In this document: piece after piece, positions 1-8,156 of the stretch
Numbering within the stretch: the first letter of the stretch is position 1
How the letters are laid out: every line of letters begins with the position of its first letter
Origin: a bacterium
GTDB taxonomy: Bacteria > UBP14 > UBA6098
Length of the DNA stretch: 34,917 bases
Direction of reading: 5' to 3'
NCBI GenBank assembly: GCA_003645085.1
Contig: QNEE01000005.1
Location: 1-34,917 of the forward strand
Notes under the pieces: generated by a model
What the model was told of the DNA's origin: nothing
Database searches by the model: none
What the model saw: only the letters and a program-made list of their open reading frames with translations
Position numbers and translations under genes: made by a program

Positions 1-902
1 CGGAAGAAGCTCGCGTTGCTAACGACGAACTCCGCGAACTCGATATCCAGTCGCGCGACCTGACAAACTCTATCTCGGAACTCGAGAAGTTAGTCCACGA
101 ACGGAGTATGGAAAAGCACGAACAAGAAATGCAGGCGGGCTGGATAAAGGAAAATCTCCGCACGGAATATGGTATAATAATCGACGAAATAGAAATAGAG
201 GAAAAACTAACCGGCGAAGAAGAGCGTAAAGCCCAAATCAAACTCGATAGGTTAAAAACCAGGGTCGCCGATTTCGGCGGAATTAACCCGGAAGCCGAGA
301 CGCAATACGAGGAAGAGAAAAAGCGTCTCGATTTCCTGATTGCACAACATAAAGACCTGACCGAAGCCAAAGAGGAATTGAAAAAGGTTATCCGGAAGCT
401 CAACAATACCGCGCGACAGGAGTTTCTGCAAACATTCGAGGAGACACGGCGGCATTTCCGCGAGATATTCACCGAGCTATTCGAGGGTGGAGAAGCAGAT
501 TTGAATCTTACCGAGGGAGAGGACGTTCTCGAGGCTGATATCGAGATATCTGCCAGACCGCGAGGCAAGCGATTCCTTTCTATCAATCAACTATCCGCCG
601 GAGAGAAAGCTCTATGTGCGTTAGCGTTGCTTTTTGGATTATATAAAGTCAAACCGAGCCCGTTTTGTATGCTCGACGAGGTAGATGCGCCCCTCGACGA
701 GGCCAATATTTCCAGATTCCTCAAGCTGCTCAAACGTTTTTCTATCGATACCCAATTCATTTTGATTACTCACAACAAACGCACTATGGAGGCCGCAGAT
801 TATCTTTATGGTATTACTATGGAGGAGGAAGGTGTTTCGAAAGCGCTTTCATTGCGAAAATCCGATTTGAAACTGGATTTTGGAACCGCCGAACCACGGT
901 AA
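1..902 (+). CDS. smc: Chromosome segregation protein SMC, C-terminal portion (5' end outside window; reading frame opens at nt 3)
   Basis: Coiled-coil sequence followed by ABC-ATPase signature LSAGEKALCALALLFG and D-loop/Walker-B region CMLDEVDAPLDEAN; open to window edge; TAA stop at 900-902. Confidence 0.8.
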   Translation, partial: EEARVANDELRELDIQSRDLTNSISELEKLVHERSMEKHEQEMQAGWIKENLRTEYGIIIDEIEIEEKLTGEEERKAQIKLDRLKTRVADFGGINPEAETQYEEEKKRLDFLIAQHKDLTEAKEELKKVIRKLNNTARQEFLQTFEETRRHFREIFTELFEGGEADLNLTEGEDVLEADIEISARPRGKRFLSINQLSAGEKALCALALLFGLYKVKPSPFCMLDEVDAPLDEANISRFLKLLKRFSIDTQFILITHNKRTMEAADYLYGITMEEEGVSKALSLRKSDLKLDFGTAEPR

Positions 903-946
903 TTTAGATAATCGACCTATATTTGCGGTTTTTTGAAATTTAAACC

Positions 947-974
947 TTGATTTAATCGTAATAATCGATATAGT
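947..974 (+). promoter_or_regulatory. Candidate sigma70-type promoter for trxA operon (TTGATT-N16-TATAGT)
   Basis: Hexamers read directly in the AT-rich 140-bp gap upstream of trxA; a strong SD AGGAGG lies 6 nt before ATG 1042. Confidence 0.3.
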
Positions 975-1041
975 TAAACGATTTGAACTTGATTGGTTTG
1001 TGTTTTGTGGAACACGTTGATTACATTTACAGGAGGAAAAA

Positions 1042-1368
1042 ATGCCTCAGGAAATAACCGACGAGAATTTCACGGAGAAGGTTGAGAACGCGGACGGGCT
1101 TGTAGTAGTGGATTTCTGGGCGGCCTGGTGTGCGCCGTGCCATATGTTGGCGCCGTCGATAGAGCAACTTGCCGAAAAATACCCCAACGAGTTGAAGGTA
1201 TATAAATTGGATATCGACAACAATCGCCAGACAGCAGCAAAATACCGTATTATGAGTATCCCCACTGTTATGTGGTTTAAGAACGGCAAGGTCGCCGATT
1301 CAATATTAGGGGCAGTGCCTTACGAGATATTACAAGAGAAGTCAGACAAGTTAATCAAAGGTGGATAA
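1042..1368 (+). CDS. trxA: Thioredoxin
   Basis: 108 aa with canonical WCAPC active site (WAAWCAPCHMLAP); strong RBS AGGAGGaaaaaATG. Confidence 0.85.
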   Translation: MPQEITDENFTEKVENADGLVVVDFWAAWCAPCHMLAPSIEQLAEKYPNELKVYKLDIDNNRQTAAKYRIMSIPTVMWFKNGKVADSILGAVPYEILQEKSDKLIKGG

Positions 1369-2060
1369 TGTCATTACGATATCTGAAACGGTTTCTGACG
1401 ATTGTCGTTGTGTTCGGGACAATCTCCGGTTTTTCTGCGGTTATCGCATCGGGTTGTGGTTCGCGAGAGGGAGCCGAACAGTCATCTGTGCCGCCGGCTG
1501 AAACCAAACCGACTCATACAGAAAAACCAATAGCCTCGGGCGAAATCCAAACAGGCGGTGGCTATTTAAAACCTACCGTTACCGATACGCCATCTCAAGT
1601 AACAGCCGCAGAGACACAACCGGCGGTCGAGTGCGCCAATCCGGCGCCGGCTTTCACTCTTAATAGAATCGACGGCAGTCCGCTTTCCCTTGCCGATTTG
1701 CGCGGAAAAGTCGTTATTATCGATTTCTGGGCTACCTGGTGCAGACCTTGCGTGATGGAGATACCCTCTTTTATCGAACTCCAGAATAAATACCACAAGG
1801 ACGGGCTTGTTATAGTAGGGATATCCCTGGATGAACAAAGACACAAGGTCCCGAGGTTTGTAAAACAAATGAAGGTTAATTATCATATTCTCTATGGCGA
1901 CCGTAATATCGCATTCGCTTATGATAACGTAACCAGTATCCCAACGACGTTTATAATCGACCGCAACGGTTGTATAAAACATAAATTAATCGGGTTACAC
2001 CCGAAAACGGAATTAGAAATGTTGCTTAAACCTTTATTAGCCGAAAAGCAAGCCATCTAA
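1368..2060 (+). CDS. TlpA/ResA-like thiol-disulfide oxidoreductase, predicted lipoprotein
   Basis: Signal peptide with lipobox-like IASGC; thioredoxin-fold motif WATWCRPC; start overlaps trxA stop by 1 nt (ATAATG). Confidence 0.75.
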   Translation: MSLRYLKRFLTIVVVFGTISGFSAVIASGCGSREGAEQSSVPPAETKPTHTEKPIASGEIQTGGGYLKPTVTDTPSQVTAAETQPAVECANPAPAFTLNRIDGSPLSLADLRGKVVIIDFWATWCRPCVMEIPSFIELQNKYHKDGLVIVGISLDEQRHKVPRFVKQMKVNYHILYGDRNIAFAYDNVTSIPTTFIIDRNGCIKHKLIGLHPKTELEMLLKPLLAEKQAI

Positions 2061-2082
2061 CAATTAATTAAACATATTTGAG

Positions 2083-2553
2083 ATGTCGGGCAGAACAATC
2101 AATCTTACAGCTCGTCGTGCGGGCAATATGAGTTTTGTGGCGCGCGCGGACAGCGGACACTGGACAATTACCGATGTTGACGTTGAGGTCGGCGGTGACG
2201 GCGCCGCTATGACGCCGTTCGAGCATCTATTCGCATCGCTCGCAACTTGCACCGGAACGGATGTTTTGTATGTGATGCAAAAAAAACGAATACCACTCGA
2301 CGATTTGCGAATAGAATTAAGAGCCAAATGTCGCAGCGAATACCCTCAAATCGCTACCGAAATACATCTGCACTATATTTTTATCGGTAACAATATCCCT
2401 GCAGATGCGGCTGAACGGGCGATTGAACTATCCCAAAACAAGTATTGCCCCGTTACTGGACAGTTAGCACCGACAGCGAAAGTAACCCACAGCTACGAAA
2501 TACTCACTCCAGACGAAACGCGAAAGAGATTGAAGGGACAGAGCGGGAAATAA
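2083..2553 (+). CDS. OsmC/Ohr family peroxiredoxin-like protein
   Basis: About 150 aa with OsmC-like paired cysteine regions (FASLATCTG ... KYCPVTG); 22 nt after the preceding gene. Confidence 0.7.
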   Translation: MSGRTINLTARRAGNMSFVARADSGHWTITDVDVEVGGDGAAMTPFEHLFASLATCTGTDVLYVMQKKRIPLDDLRIELRAKCRSEYPQIATEIHLHYIFIGNNIPADAAERAIELSQNKYCPVTGQLAPTAKVTHSYEILTPDETRKRLKGQSGK

Positions 2554-2574
2554 TTTTAGCGGATATCCTACAAA

Positions 2575-2598
2575 GAGGCGCAGTAGCGCCTTTTCTTA
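2575..2598 (+). terminator. Rho-independent terminator after OsmC gene
   Basis: aggcgc-AGTA-gcgcct stem-loop followed by TTTTCTT. Confidence 0.55.
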
Positions 2599-2713
2599 TT
2601 ATCGCGGAATTGTTTCGCTTTATTGAGGCAAGGTCTATCCCAATACATATATGGGCAATGATGGGATAATCTAAATTCGGAGAATGAATTATAATCCAGA
2701 GAGGGAGGCTTAT

Positions 2714-3562
2714 ATGAATCCAGTTAAAACGACGGTAGGAACGGTTATAGGGGCGATTATAGTGATAATCGTCGTGATTATTATCCTCGCCGCAATTACA
2801 GTGGTGCCCGCCGGACATACCGGCGTTATAGTGCTATTCGGGAACGTCCGGCCCAATTCACTACCGCCGGGGTTGCATCTCGTGAACCCGCTCGCCAATG
2901 TAATCAAAATGGATACCCGTTTACAGGAATACACAATGAGCGTAGCGAGCGCCGAGGGTGTGTATAAAGGGGACGACGCTATCGACGCACTAACCTCGGA
3001 GGGCCTCAAAGTCCGCCTTGACCTTACGGCATGGTTCCGTTTGTTGCCGGCACAAGCCCCAAAAGTTTATAATGAGATAGGCGTAGATTACGACCGGAAG
3101 ATAATCAGGCCCACTCTTCGCACAGCCATCAGGGATATCGTCGTCAAATACACCGCGGAGAATATTTATTCCGAAAAGCGCGATTCCGTTGTTATGGCAA
3201 TTAACGAAAGAGCCTCGTCCCTTATGGAAGGGAAAGGGGTGGTTCTCGAGAGGATACTGTTGAGAAACATCATTCTCCCTCAGAAGGTTCAGGACGCTAT
3301 CGACGCGAAGCTCGCCGCCGACCAGGATGCGAGAAGAATGGAATTTATTTTGCAGAAAGAAAAACAAGAAAAGGAACGCAGAATCATCGAGGCGGAGGGA
3401 ATCCGGGAAGCCAACCGGATTATCGCTCAAGGCTTAACCCCAAACTACCTTAGCTGGTATCGGATAGAGATGCTTAAGCAACTCGTAAATTCCCCGAACA
3501 ACACTATAATAATGATACCGGAAGATTTGAAGGGAACCGCGCCGGTTATACTTAACCCGTAA
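2714..3562 (+). CDS. SPFH/band-7 (prohibitin/HflC-like) membrane protein
   Basis: N-terminal TM helix (GAIIVIIVVIIILAAITVV), then typical SPFH core and C-terminal coiled coil (QKEKQEKERRIIEAEGIREANR). Start chosen at ATG 2714 with GAGGGAGG SD, although the ORF track opens at 2684. Confidence 0.75.
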   Translation: MNPVKTTVGTVIGAIIVIIVVIIILAAITVVPAGHTGVIVLFGNVRPNSLPPGLHLVNPLANVIKMDTRLQEYTMSVASAEGVYKGDDAIDALTSEGLKVRLDLTAWFRLLPAQAPKVYNEIGVDYDRKIIRPTLRTAIRDIVVKYTAENIYSEKRDSVVMAINERASSLMEGKGVVLERILLRNIILPQKVQDAIDAKLAADQDARRMEFILQKEKQEKERRIIEAEGIREANRIIAQGLTPNYLSWYRIEMLKQLVNSPNNTIIMIPEDLKGTAPVILNP

Positions 3563-3615
3563 CGATAGCTATTGGTCGGAAAGACCGGTTGATTCAAACA
3601 TATATCGAGGTAGAA

Positions 3616-4578
3616 ATGGAAAACAAACTCAAAGCCGCCGCCGAGGTAGCGATTAAGGATTGCCTCGCGGTTAGGATATCAGACACGGTGCTGGTGATTA
3701 CCGATACGCTCCTGTTCGATATAGGGAAAGCGCTTTTCGATTCTGCGGTAGAACACGCTGGAGATGCCGCGATGGTTGTTATCACGCCTCGGAAAAGCCA
3801 CGGTGAGGAGCCACCAGAAGCTATCGCCGAGCTTATGAAGCGATACGATGTCCTGGTGATTCCAACCTATCGTAGTATGAGCCACACCGATGCTCGCCGC
3901 GAGGCATGCAGACTGGGCGCACGATGTGCGACATTGCCCAACGTTCTCGAAGAAACTATGGTGCGTGCTTTAAATGCAGATTATACGCGTATTGCAGCAC
4001 TATCAGAGATGCTCGCGGGATTTTTAACAGAAGCATCCGAGGCTCGGGTTAAGACTCCCGCAGGAACGGATATAGTTTTTTCGTTGAAGGGCCGCAAAGG
4101 GCTCGCCGACACCGGCCTTGTCCGAACGCCGGGGGAATTTTCCAATCTGCCAGCCGGAGAGGCCTATACCGCGCCGGTCGAGGGCAGTGCCAACGGAAAT
4201 ATCGTTATCGACGGCGCGATAGCCGATACTGGGGTATTGGACGAAGAAGATTATATCAAAGTCGAGGTCGAGAACGGCTACGCGTCGAGAATTATCGGGG
4301 GGAAATCGGCAAAATATCTCGATTCGCTAATCAGGCCCCACGGCAAAGAGGCATATAATATCGCCGAACTCGGTATCGGCACGAACTATAAAGCAAAGCT
4401 TATCGGCAATATTCTCGAGGACGAGAAGGTCCTCGGAACCGTTCATATCGCTCTCGGCGACAATAAGTCGATGGGAGGGAATATCAGTGTGGCGAGCCAT
4501 CTCGACGGGATACTACTCAATCCAACGCTATATCTGGACGATAAAGTCGTTATGAAGGATGGGGATATAGTAGTATAG
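3616..4578 (+). CDS. Aminopeptidase, M29 (AmpS/PepS/aminopeptidase T-like) family
   Basis: Architecture and C-terminal HIALGDN ... ASHLDGIL motif resemble thermophilic metalloaminopeptidase M29. Start at 3616 (GAGGTAGAAATG) is preferred over the ORF-track start at 3589. The protein is shorter than classical about 410-aa M29 enzymes, so the call is tentative. Confidence 0.5.
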   Translation: MENKLKAAAEVAIKDCLAVRISDTVLVITDTLLFDIGKALFDSAVEHAGDAAMVVITPRKSHGEEPPEAIAELMKRYDVLVIPTYRSMSHTDARREACRLGARCATLPNVLEETMVRALNADYTRIAALSEMLAGFLTEASEARVKTPAGTDIVFSLKGRKGLADTGLVRTPGEFSNLPAGEAYTAPVEGSANGNIVIDGAIADTGVLDEEDYIKVEVENGYASRIIGGKSAKYLDSLIRPHGKEAYNIAELGIGTNYKAKLIGNILEDEKVLGTVHIALGDNKSMGGNISVASHLDGILLNPTLYLDDKVVMKDGDIVV

Positions 4579-4593
4579 GTTATAGTGTGTCCG

Positions 4594-4698
4594 CCGGGCT
4601 GTCACGATTTTTGCATTGTCCGGTAAGGAGTGGGAACACATTATTCCGGACGCAAAAACACCCTTCCTCAAAAACCTCTCCGCCCTCGCGCCAGCCCT
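4594..4698. repeat. Copy 1 of a 105-bp dispersed repeat (about 80% identical to 23628-23732)
   Basis: Conserved ends ccgggctgtcacg ... ccctcgcgccagccct and an internal hairpin TTTTTGC-(3nt bulge)-GYCCGG / CCGGRC-GCAAAAA. Confidence 0.65.
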
Positions 4699-4817
4699 GA
4701 ATTCTCCGGCGAGACGCCAGAATTACTGGTATTTTCCGTGTCCCACGGCTGAGACCGTGGGATAATCGTTGTGCGGACTACTCGATAAATTTTGGATAAT
4801 CTCCTACAGAAAAGGTA

Positions 4818-4846
4818 TTGACATATTCGATTCGATGGTTTAAATT
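4818..4846 (+). promoter_or_regulatory. Candidate promoter TTGACA-N17-TAAATT upstream of the small lipoprotein gene
   Basis: Perfect -35 hexamer with 17-nt spacer; about 50 nt upstream of the AAGGAGGG SD. Confidence 0.35.
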
Positions 4847-4895
4847 AGATATAATTTAGCAAACACCAAAACTCCCAATTAATTAAGGAGGGAAG

Positions 4896-5048
4896 ATGAG
4901 AACTTTGTTACCCGTATTATTTGTGGCGTTGCTTGCCGCGTTTGTGTTTTCGGGTTGTGGTAATTTTGAGGGCGCGGCGGCGATGAAACAGGAAATCGAG
5001 AGGCTCGAGACGAAAATCGACGACCTCGAACTGAGAGTGGAAACGTGA
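4896..5048 (+). CDS. Small Lpp-like coiled-coil lipoprotein (50 aa), terminated by in-frame TGA
   Basis: Strong SD AAGGAGGG; signal peptide with lipobox FSGC; mature part predicted alpha-helical (AAAMKQEIERLETKIDDLELRVET). Confidence 0.5.
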   Translation: MRTLLPVLFVALLAAFVFSGCGNFEGAAAMKQEIERLETKIDDLELRVET

Positions 5049-5253
5049 GAAAACTGGTATGCAGAAGAAGTAGCCGAAGACGCAGCAGAAGGCGAGGAAG
5101 AAGAAGAGGTTACCGAAGCTAAACCCGCGGAAGAAGATAAGCCCGCGGAAACAAAACCGGCGGAAACGAAACCGGCCAGCAGCGGCGGCGGTAGAAGGCC
5201 CAGGACGCAAAAACCAGAATAATAATAGCAAAAGTATAGGAAAAGGAGATAAT

Positions 5254-6036
5254 ATGAAGAGGTATTTCAAATTCCTGCTCGTTATTCCGTTGGCTTTGCT
5301 CCTTATGGGCGGGTCCTGCGAGGACGAACCCACGGAGGCTCTCGACGGGCCGGACGTGTATACGCTCGAAGCCGATATCAACGGCATCGACCTAAAAATA
5401 GACTGGGATAGCAGTACCGATGAGGTCGACGGTTATCGCATATATTTCAACGGCGATACCGCCCCTCTCTATGAAGGGACTGCCAGCGAATACACACACG
5501 TTAATCCTTCGCTCGGTAGTTACGAGATAGTCGCTTACTTTGAATCCGATGAATCAGACCCATTAGAGTTCAATACGAGTAATTATGTAACATCGGGAAC
5601 AAGTGCTGAAATCTGGCGGTTCGACGTATCGGGTCAACCTTCAGGATACGGATGGAATTTAAGCACAGGCAACGGTGAGCACTACAACTTTACTGCTGGA
5701 AATGCCGATTATATAGATATATACTATACGAATATGGGCGAGGATTACCATTCTATCGCAAGCGCTTCGTATTACGGCGGTTCGTTCGAGAACGTAACAT
5801 GGATTAATAAAACTTCCACGAGTTTCGATAATCTCGATACCGCTCCCGCTACTCCAACCGGTTATTACAATTACGAGGATGTCGAAATCAACGGCACTTA
5901 CGCTTTATGTATTGAGAAAACCGGAAGCGATAGTTATTTCGGCAAAATGCAGGTTACAGCTTTCGATACTGATAATAATAAAGTTACGTTCCGCTGGAAA
6001 TTCCAGAAAGTTAAAGGGTGGAGAGTATTCGAATAA
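5254..6036 (+). CDS. Hypothetical secreted/lipoprotein (Fn3-like N-terminal region), function unknown
   Basis: SD AAAGGAG; signal peptide ending LLMGGSC; no recognisable catalytic motif; followed by a strong terminator. Confidence 0.7.
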   Translation: MKRYFKFLLVIPLALLLMGGSCEDEPTEALDGPDVYTLEADINGIDLKIDWDSSTDEVDGYRIYFNGDTAPLYEGTASEYTHVNPSLGSYEIVAYFESDESDPLEFNTSNYVTSGTSAEIWRFDVSGQPSGYGWNLSTGNGEHYNFTAGNADYIDIYYTNMGEDYHSIASASYYGGSFENVTWINKTSTSFDNLDTAPATPTGYYNYEDVEINGTYALCIEKTGSDSYFGKMQVTAFDTDNNKVTFRWKFQKVKGWRVFE

Positions 6037-6059
6037 AATACTGTCTATTAAATACCTCC

Positions 6060-6096
6060 GACCGGGCGTCTTAAAAACGTCCGGTCTTTTTATTTG
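6060..6096 (+). terminator. Rho-independent terminator
   Basis: 9-bp stem gaccgggcg/cgtccggtc (one G-U pair), loop tcttaaaaa, then TTTTTATTT. Confidence 0.65.
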
Positions 6097-6315
6097 CATA
6101 ATCCCAGAAAATCGATATGTTAAATTAAATAGAATACAAATATGACTCCTGCAAAATAGGATAAATTTGGGTTCGGTTTTAGTTCTTTCAATAACGGACA
6201 CTTTCAGTAATGGCGTTTATTGCGCTGGAGATGGTTAGACGGCGTTTCCGGCACATACCTGTTCGGTTTAGTGTAGTTGCAGGCAGTCGATGTTCATTGA
6301 AAAGGGTTCGGTTCG

Positions 6316-6705
6316 CTAATGGGCGAAAGTTCTGTATGAGCGGATTTTGTGCGGTCTATCGAGCGCCACGGCGGTCAATGCGACGGCCGACAGCGCCAGA
6401 TACGCTATCGTTGTGGCGTTGACGATACTTGTCTGGTTGAAGAACAGTGGGATTTCTACTCTCAGTGCCTGGAGTCTGGCGAAGTATCGTTCGACGGATT
6501 GCCTTTTCTTGTAGAGCTTCTGATATATGAGTGCCCTGATGAGAGCATGCCGGGAATACCCGATTGCCCCCTTGCCCGTGTTGAACGGCTTGATAAAATT
6601 AAGGTCGATTTGAGAGAATAATGTTCGGTATCTTTTTATAAGCGGCGAGTTTTCGAACTCCATCGAGTAGACGAACAGGTTTCTTTGTAATCCATTTTTG
6701 GCCAT
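6316..6705 (-). pseudogene. Truncated IS5-family transposase (129 aa; ends shortly after the first DDE motif region, which reads IVNATTI with N in place of D)
   Basis: SD GGAGGT 6 nt before ATG. Typical transposases of this family are more than 300 aa, and no continuation was found in other frames. Confidence 0.55.
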
Positions 6706-6800
6706 TTGGCAACCTCCAGCTTGGGTTTTTTTGTTGCATTACAAATATAACAAGTTGGAGGTAAAAGGCAACAACTAATTTATCATAATCTATTGAAAGT
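6316..6800 (-). mobile_element. IS5-family insertion sequence remnant (left end plus truncated transposase)
   Basis: Encodes a DUF772/InsH-N-like N-terminus (LFSQIDLNFIKP...SRHALIRALIYQKLY); positions 6594-6800 are duplicated about 97% at 8267-8473. Confidence 0.6.
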
Positions 6801-7992
6801 TAAAAACTTAAAGATTAATGCAGAACGCACTAACATATATAAGATAGGAAGAGATATTAACAAGCGGATATTTCTTATAACGGTTATCTTAGTATCCTCC
6901 ATTTTTGCGGAATACATGCTCACCAAAGACCGCACGCCCGGCGGGCTATACGTAGTAGGGCCGGACTTAAGCCCCGACTCGGTGTTCGGTGAATACCTCT
7001 ACTATTCCCCGGATGCCGGAACAACACTTGTCAAGAAGGATTCTGCGGATTATGGGTTTATTGAACCGGAATATTCCTCGATTGCAGCCGATTTCACAAC
7101 TGGGAACTTGTATAAAGTTCAATATGAGAATCTTTATCATAGTGACGATTATGGAGCAACATGGGAGATGAGAGTTTCTAGTTTAGGGGTATTAAAGATT
7201 TCCTCTGGAAGATTGGCTGGCGAATTATTTTACTCAAGAGGTGGGATACTAAGAAGTTGTGACTATGGTGAATCATTTGACTCTATGGCAATAGGATTCA
7301 TCTACCAATATCCAACGATAGGATATTTACATAAAGAATTATATGGTTTTAGAATAGATACCGGGGAGCTTTTCTATAGTGCAAATAATGGTAGCACTAA
7401 TGTTGTTGTGAACTCTATTGAGCCAGATATTTTTGTTAGTAAAACCAGGATTCGCAGAGGTCATCAAGAAGGAGAAGTCTATTTGCTTTCCGCCGATTCC
7501 CTTATGCGTTCAACTGACCATTGTTCGACTTTTACAAGAACAAACCCACTTTCTTTATCGTTCGACGATATTTCCCCCGGCAATAATCCCGGCGAATTAT
7601 ATGCTTCACGAAGTGTGTGGTTTTACGATCCCGAGTCCGGTTTTCGTGGAGGACGTGTCGAAATATGTTTTTCAGAAGACTACGGGCGCAATTTTTCCTG
7701 TCTCAGGCAAACTGCAAGTGGAATAACCTTTTTTAACCTATCCGGCATAAATGAAGTAGAAAAGCCTGAAAATTGTGAAATTAAAGCTTATCCAAACCCG
7801 TTTAACTCGCAATGTAGAATAAATACCGGGGCAAATGTCGATTTACAAATATACGATTTGCATGGAAAACTCATAGAAAGTGGAAAACCAAGTAACACCG
7901 GGATTTATATGTGGTCTCCAAAGGATATTCCTTCTGGAATATACCTCATTAAATCCGCCGGAAAACTTGGCAAAGTAACATATATAAGATAG
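6793..7992 (+). CDS. BNR/Asp-box repeat protein with T9SS C-terminal sorting domain
   Basis: Several Asp-box-like motifs (SDDYGATW, SCDYGESF, SANNGST, STDHCSTF, SEDYGRNF); C-terminal about 75 aa matches the por-secretion CTD pattern (KAYPNPFNSQCRI...IYDLHGKLI...GIYLIKS). The ORF track opens at TTG 6793, but the signal peptide suggests a start near ATT 6856. Confidence 0.65.
   Translation: MKVKNLKINAERTNIYKIGRDINKRIFLITVILVSSIFAEYMLTKDRTPGGLYVVGPDLSPDSVFGEYLYYSPDAGTTLVKKDSADYGFIEPEYSSIAADFTTGNLYKVQYENLYHSDDYGATWEMRVSSLGVLKISSGRLAGELFYSRGGILRSCDYGESFDSMAIGFIYQYPTIGYLHKELYGFRIDTGELFYSANNGSTNVVVNSIEPDIFVSKTRIRRGHQEGEVYLLSADSLMRSTDHCSTFTRTNPLSLSFDDISPGNNPGELYASRSVWFYDPESGFRGGRVEICFSEDYGRNFSCLRQTASGITFFNLSGINEVEKPENCEIKAYPNPFNSQCRINTGANVDLQIYDLHGKLIESGKPSNTGIYMWSPKDIPSGIYLIKSAGKLGKVTYIR
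6831..6857. repeat. 27-bp perfect direct repeat, copy 1 (taacatatataagataggaagagatat)
   Basis: Identical to 7976-8002; read directly. Confidence 0.85.
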
Positions 7993-8002
7993 GAAGAGAT
8001 AT
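7976..8002. repeat. 27-bp perfect direct repeat, copy 2; spans the stop of the T9SS-cargo gene and supplies SD plus ATG for the downstream small ORF
   Basis: Identical to 6831-6857. Confidence 0.85.
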
Positions 8003-8156
8003 GTCTCTCACAAAATTAAGCATGGTTGTTTTTATGATTCTCGGCTTCTCTTTGCCTGTTGTTGCCGATAACCTTTCCGTGTGTTGGAACAACATCGATA
8101 GTCAGGATATACTGCTCCTATTTAAGGGAACGATTATATTAGGGGGTATAAAATGA
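8001..8156 (+). CDS. Small predicted secreted peptide (51 aa), hypothetical
   Basis: AGGAAGAG SD inside the 27-bp repeat; signal-peptide-like N-terminus MSLTKLSMVVFMILGFSLPVVA; TGA stop. Below the ORF-track size cutoff. Confidence 0.3.
   Translation: MSLTKLSMVVFMILGFSLPVVADNLSVCWNNIDSQDILLLFKGTIILGGIK

Noticed and set aside
2445-2818. ORFs 2445-2669 (+) and 2504-2818 (-) spanning the OsmC-SPFH gap
   Set aside because: The gap is occupied by a terminator and the SPFH gene's SD; these ORFs lack signals and overlap true genes
4917-5387. 156-aa minus-strand ORF overlapping the small lipoprotein gene and its acidic tail
   Set aside because: Low-complexity antisense reading of a GAA/GCG-rich region with no SD or motif; the plus-strand genes explain the region
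6349-6621. 90-aa plus-strand ORF
   Set aside because: Antisense to the IS5 transposase fragment, which has the SD and the family motifs
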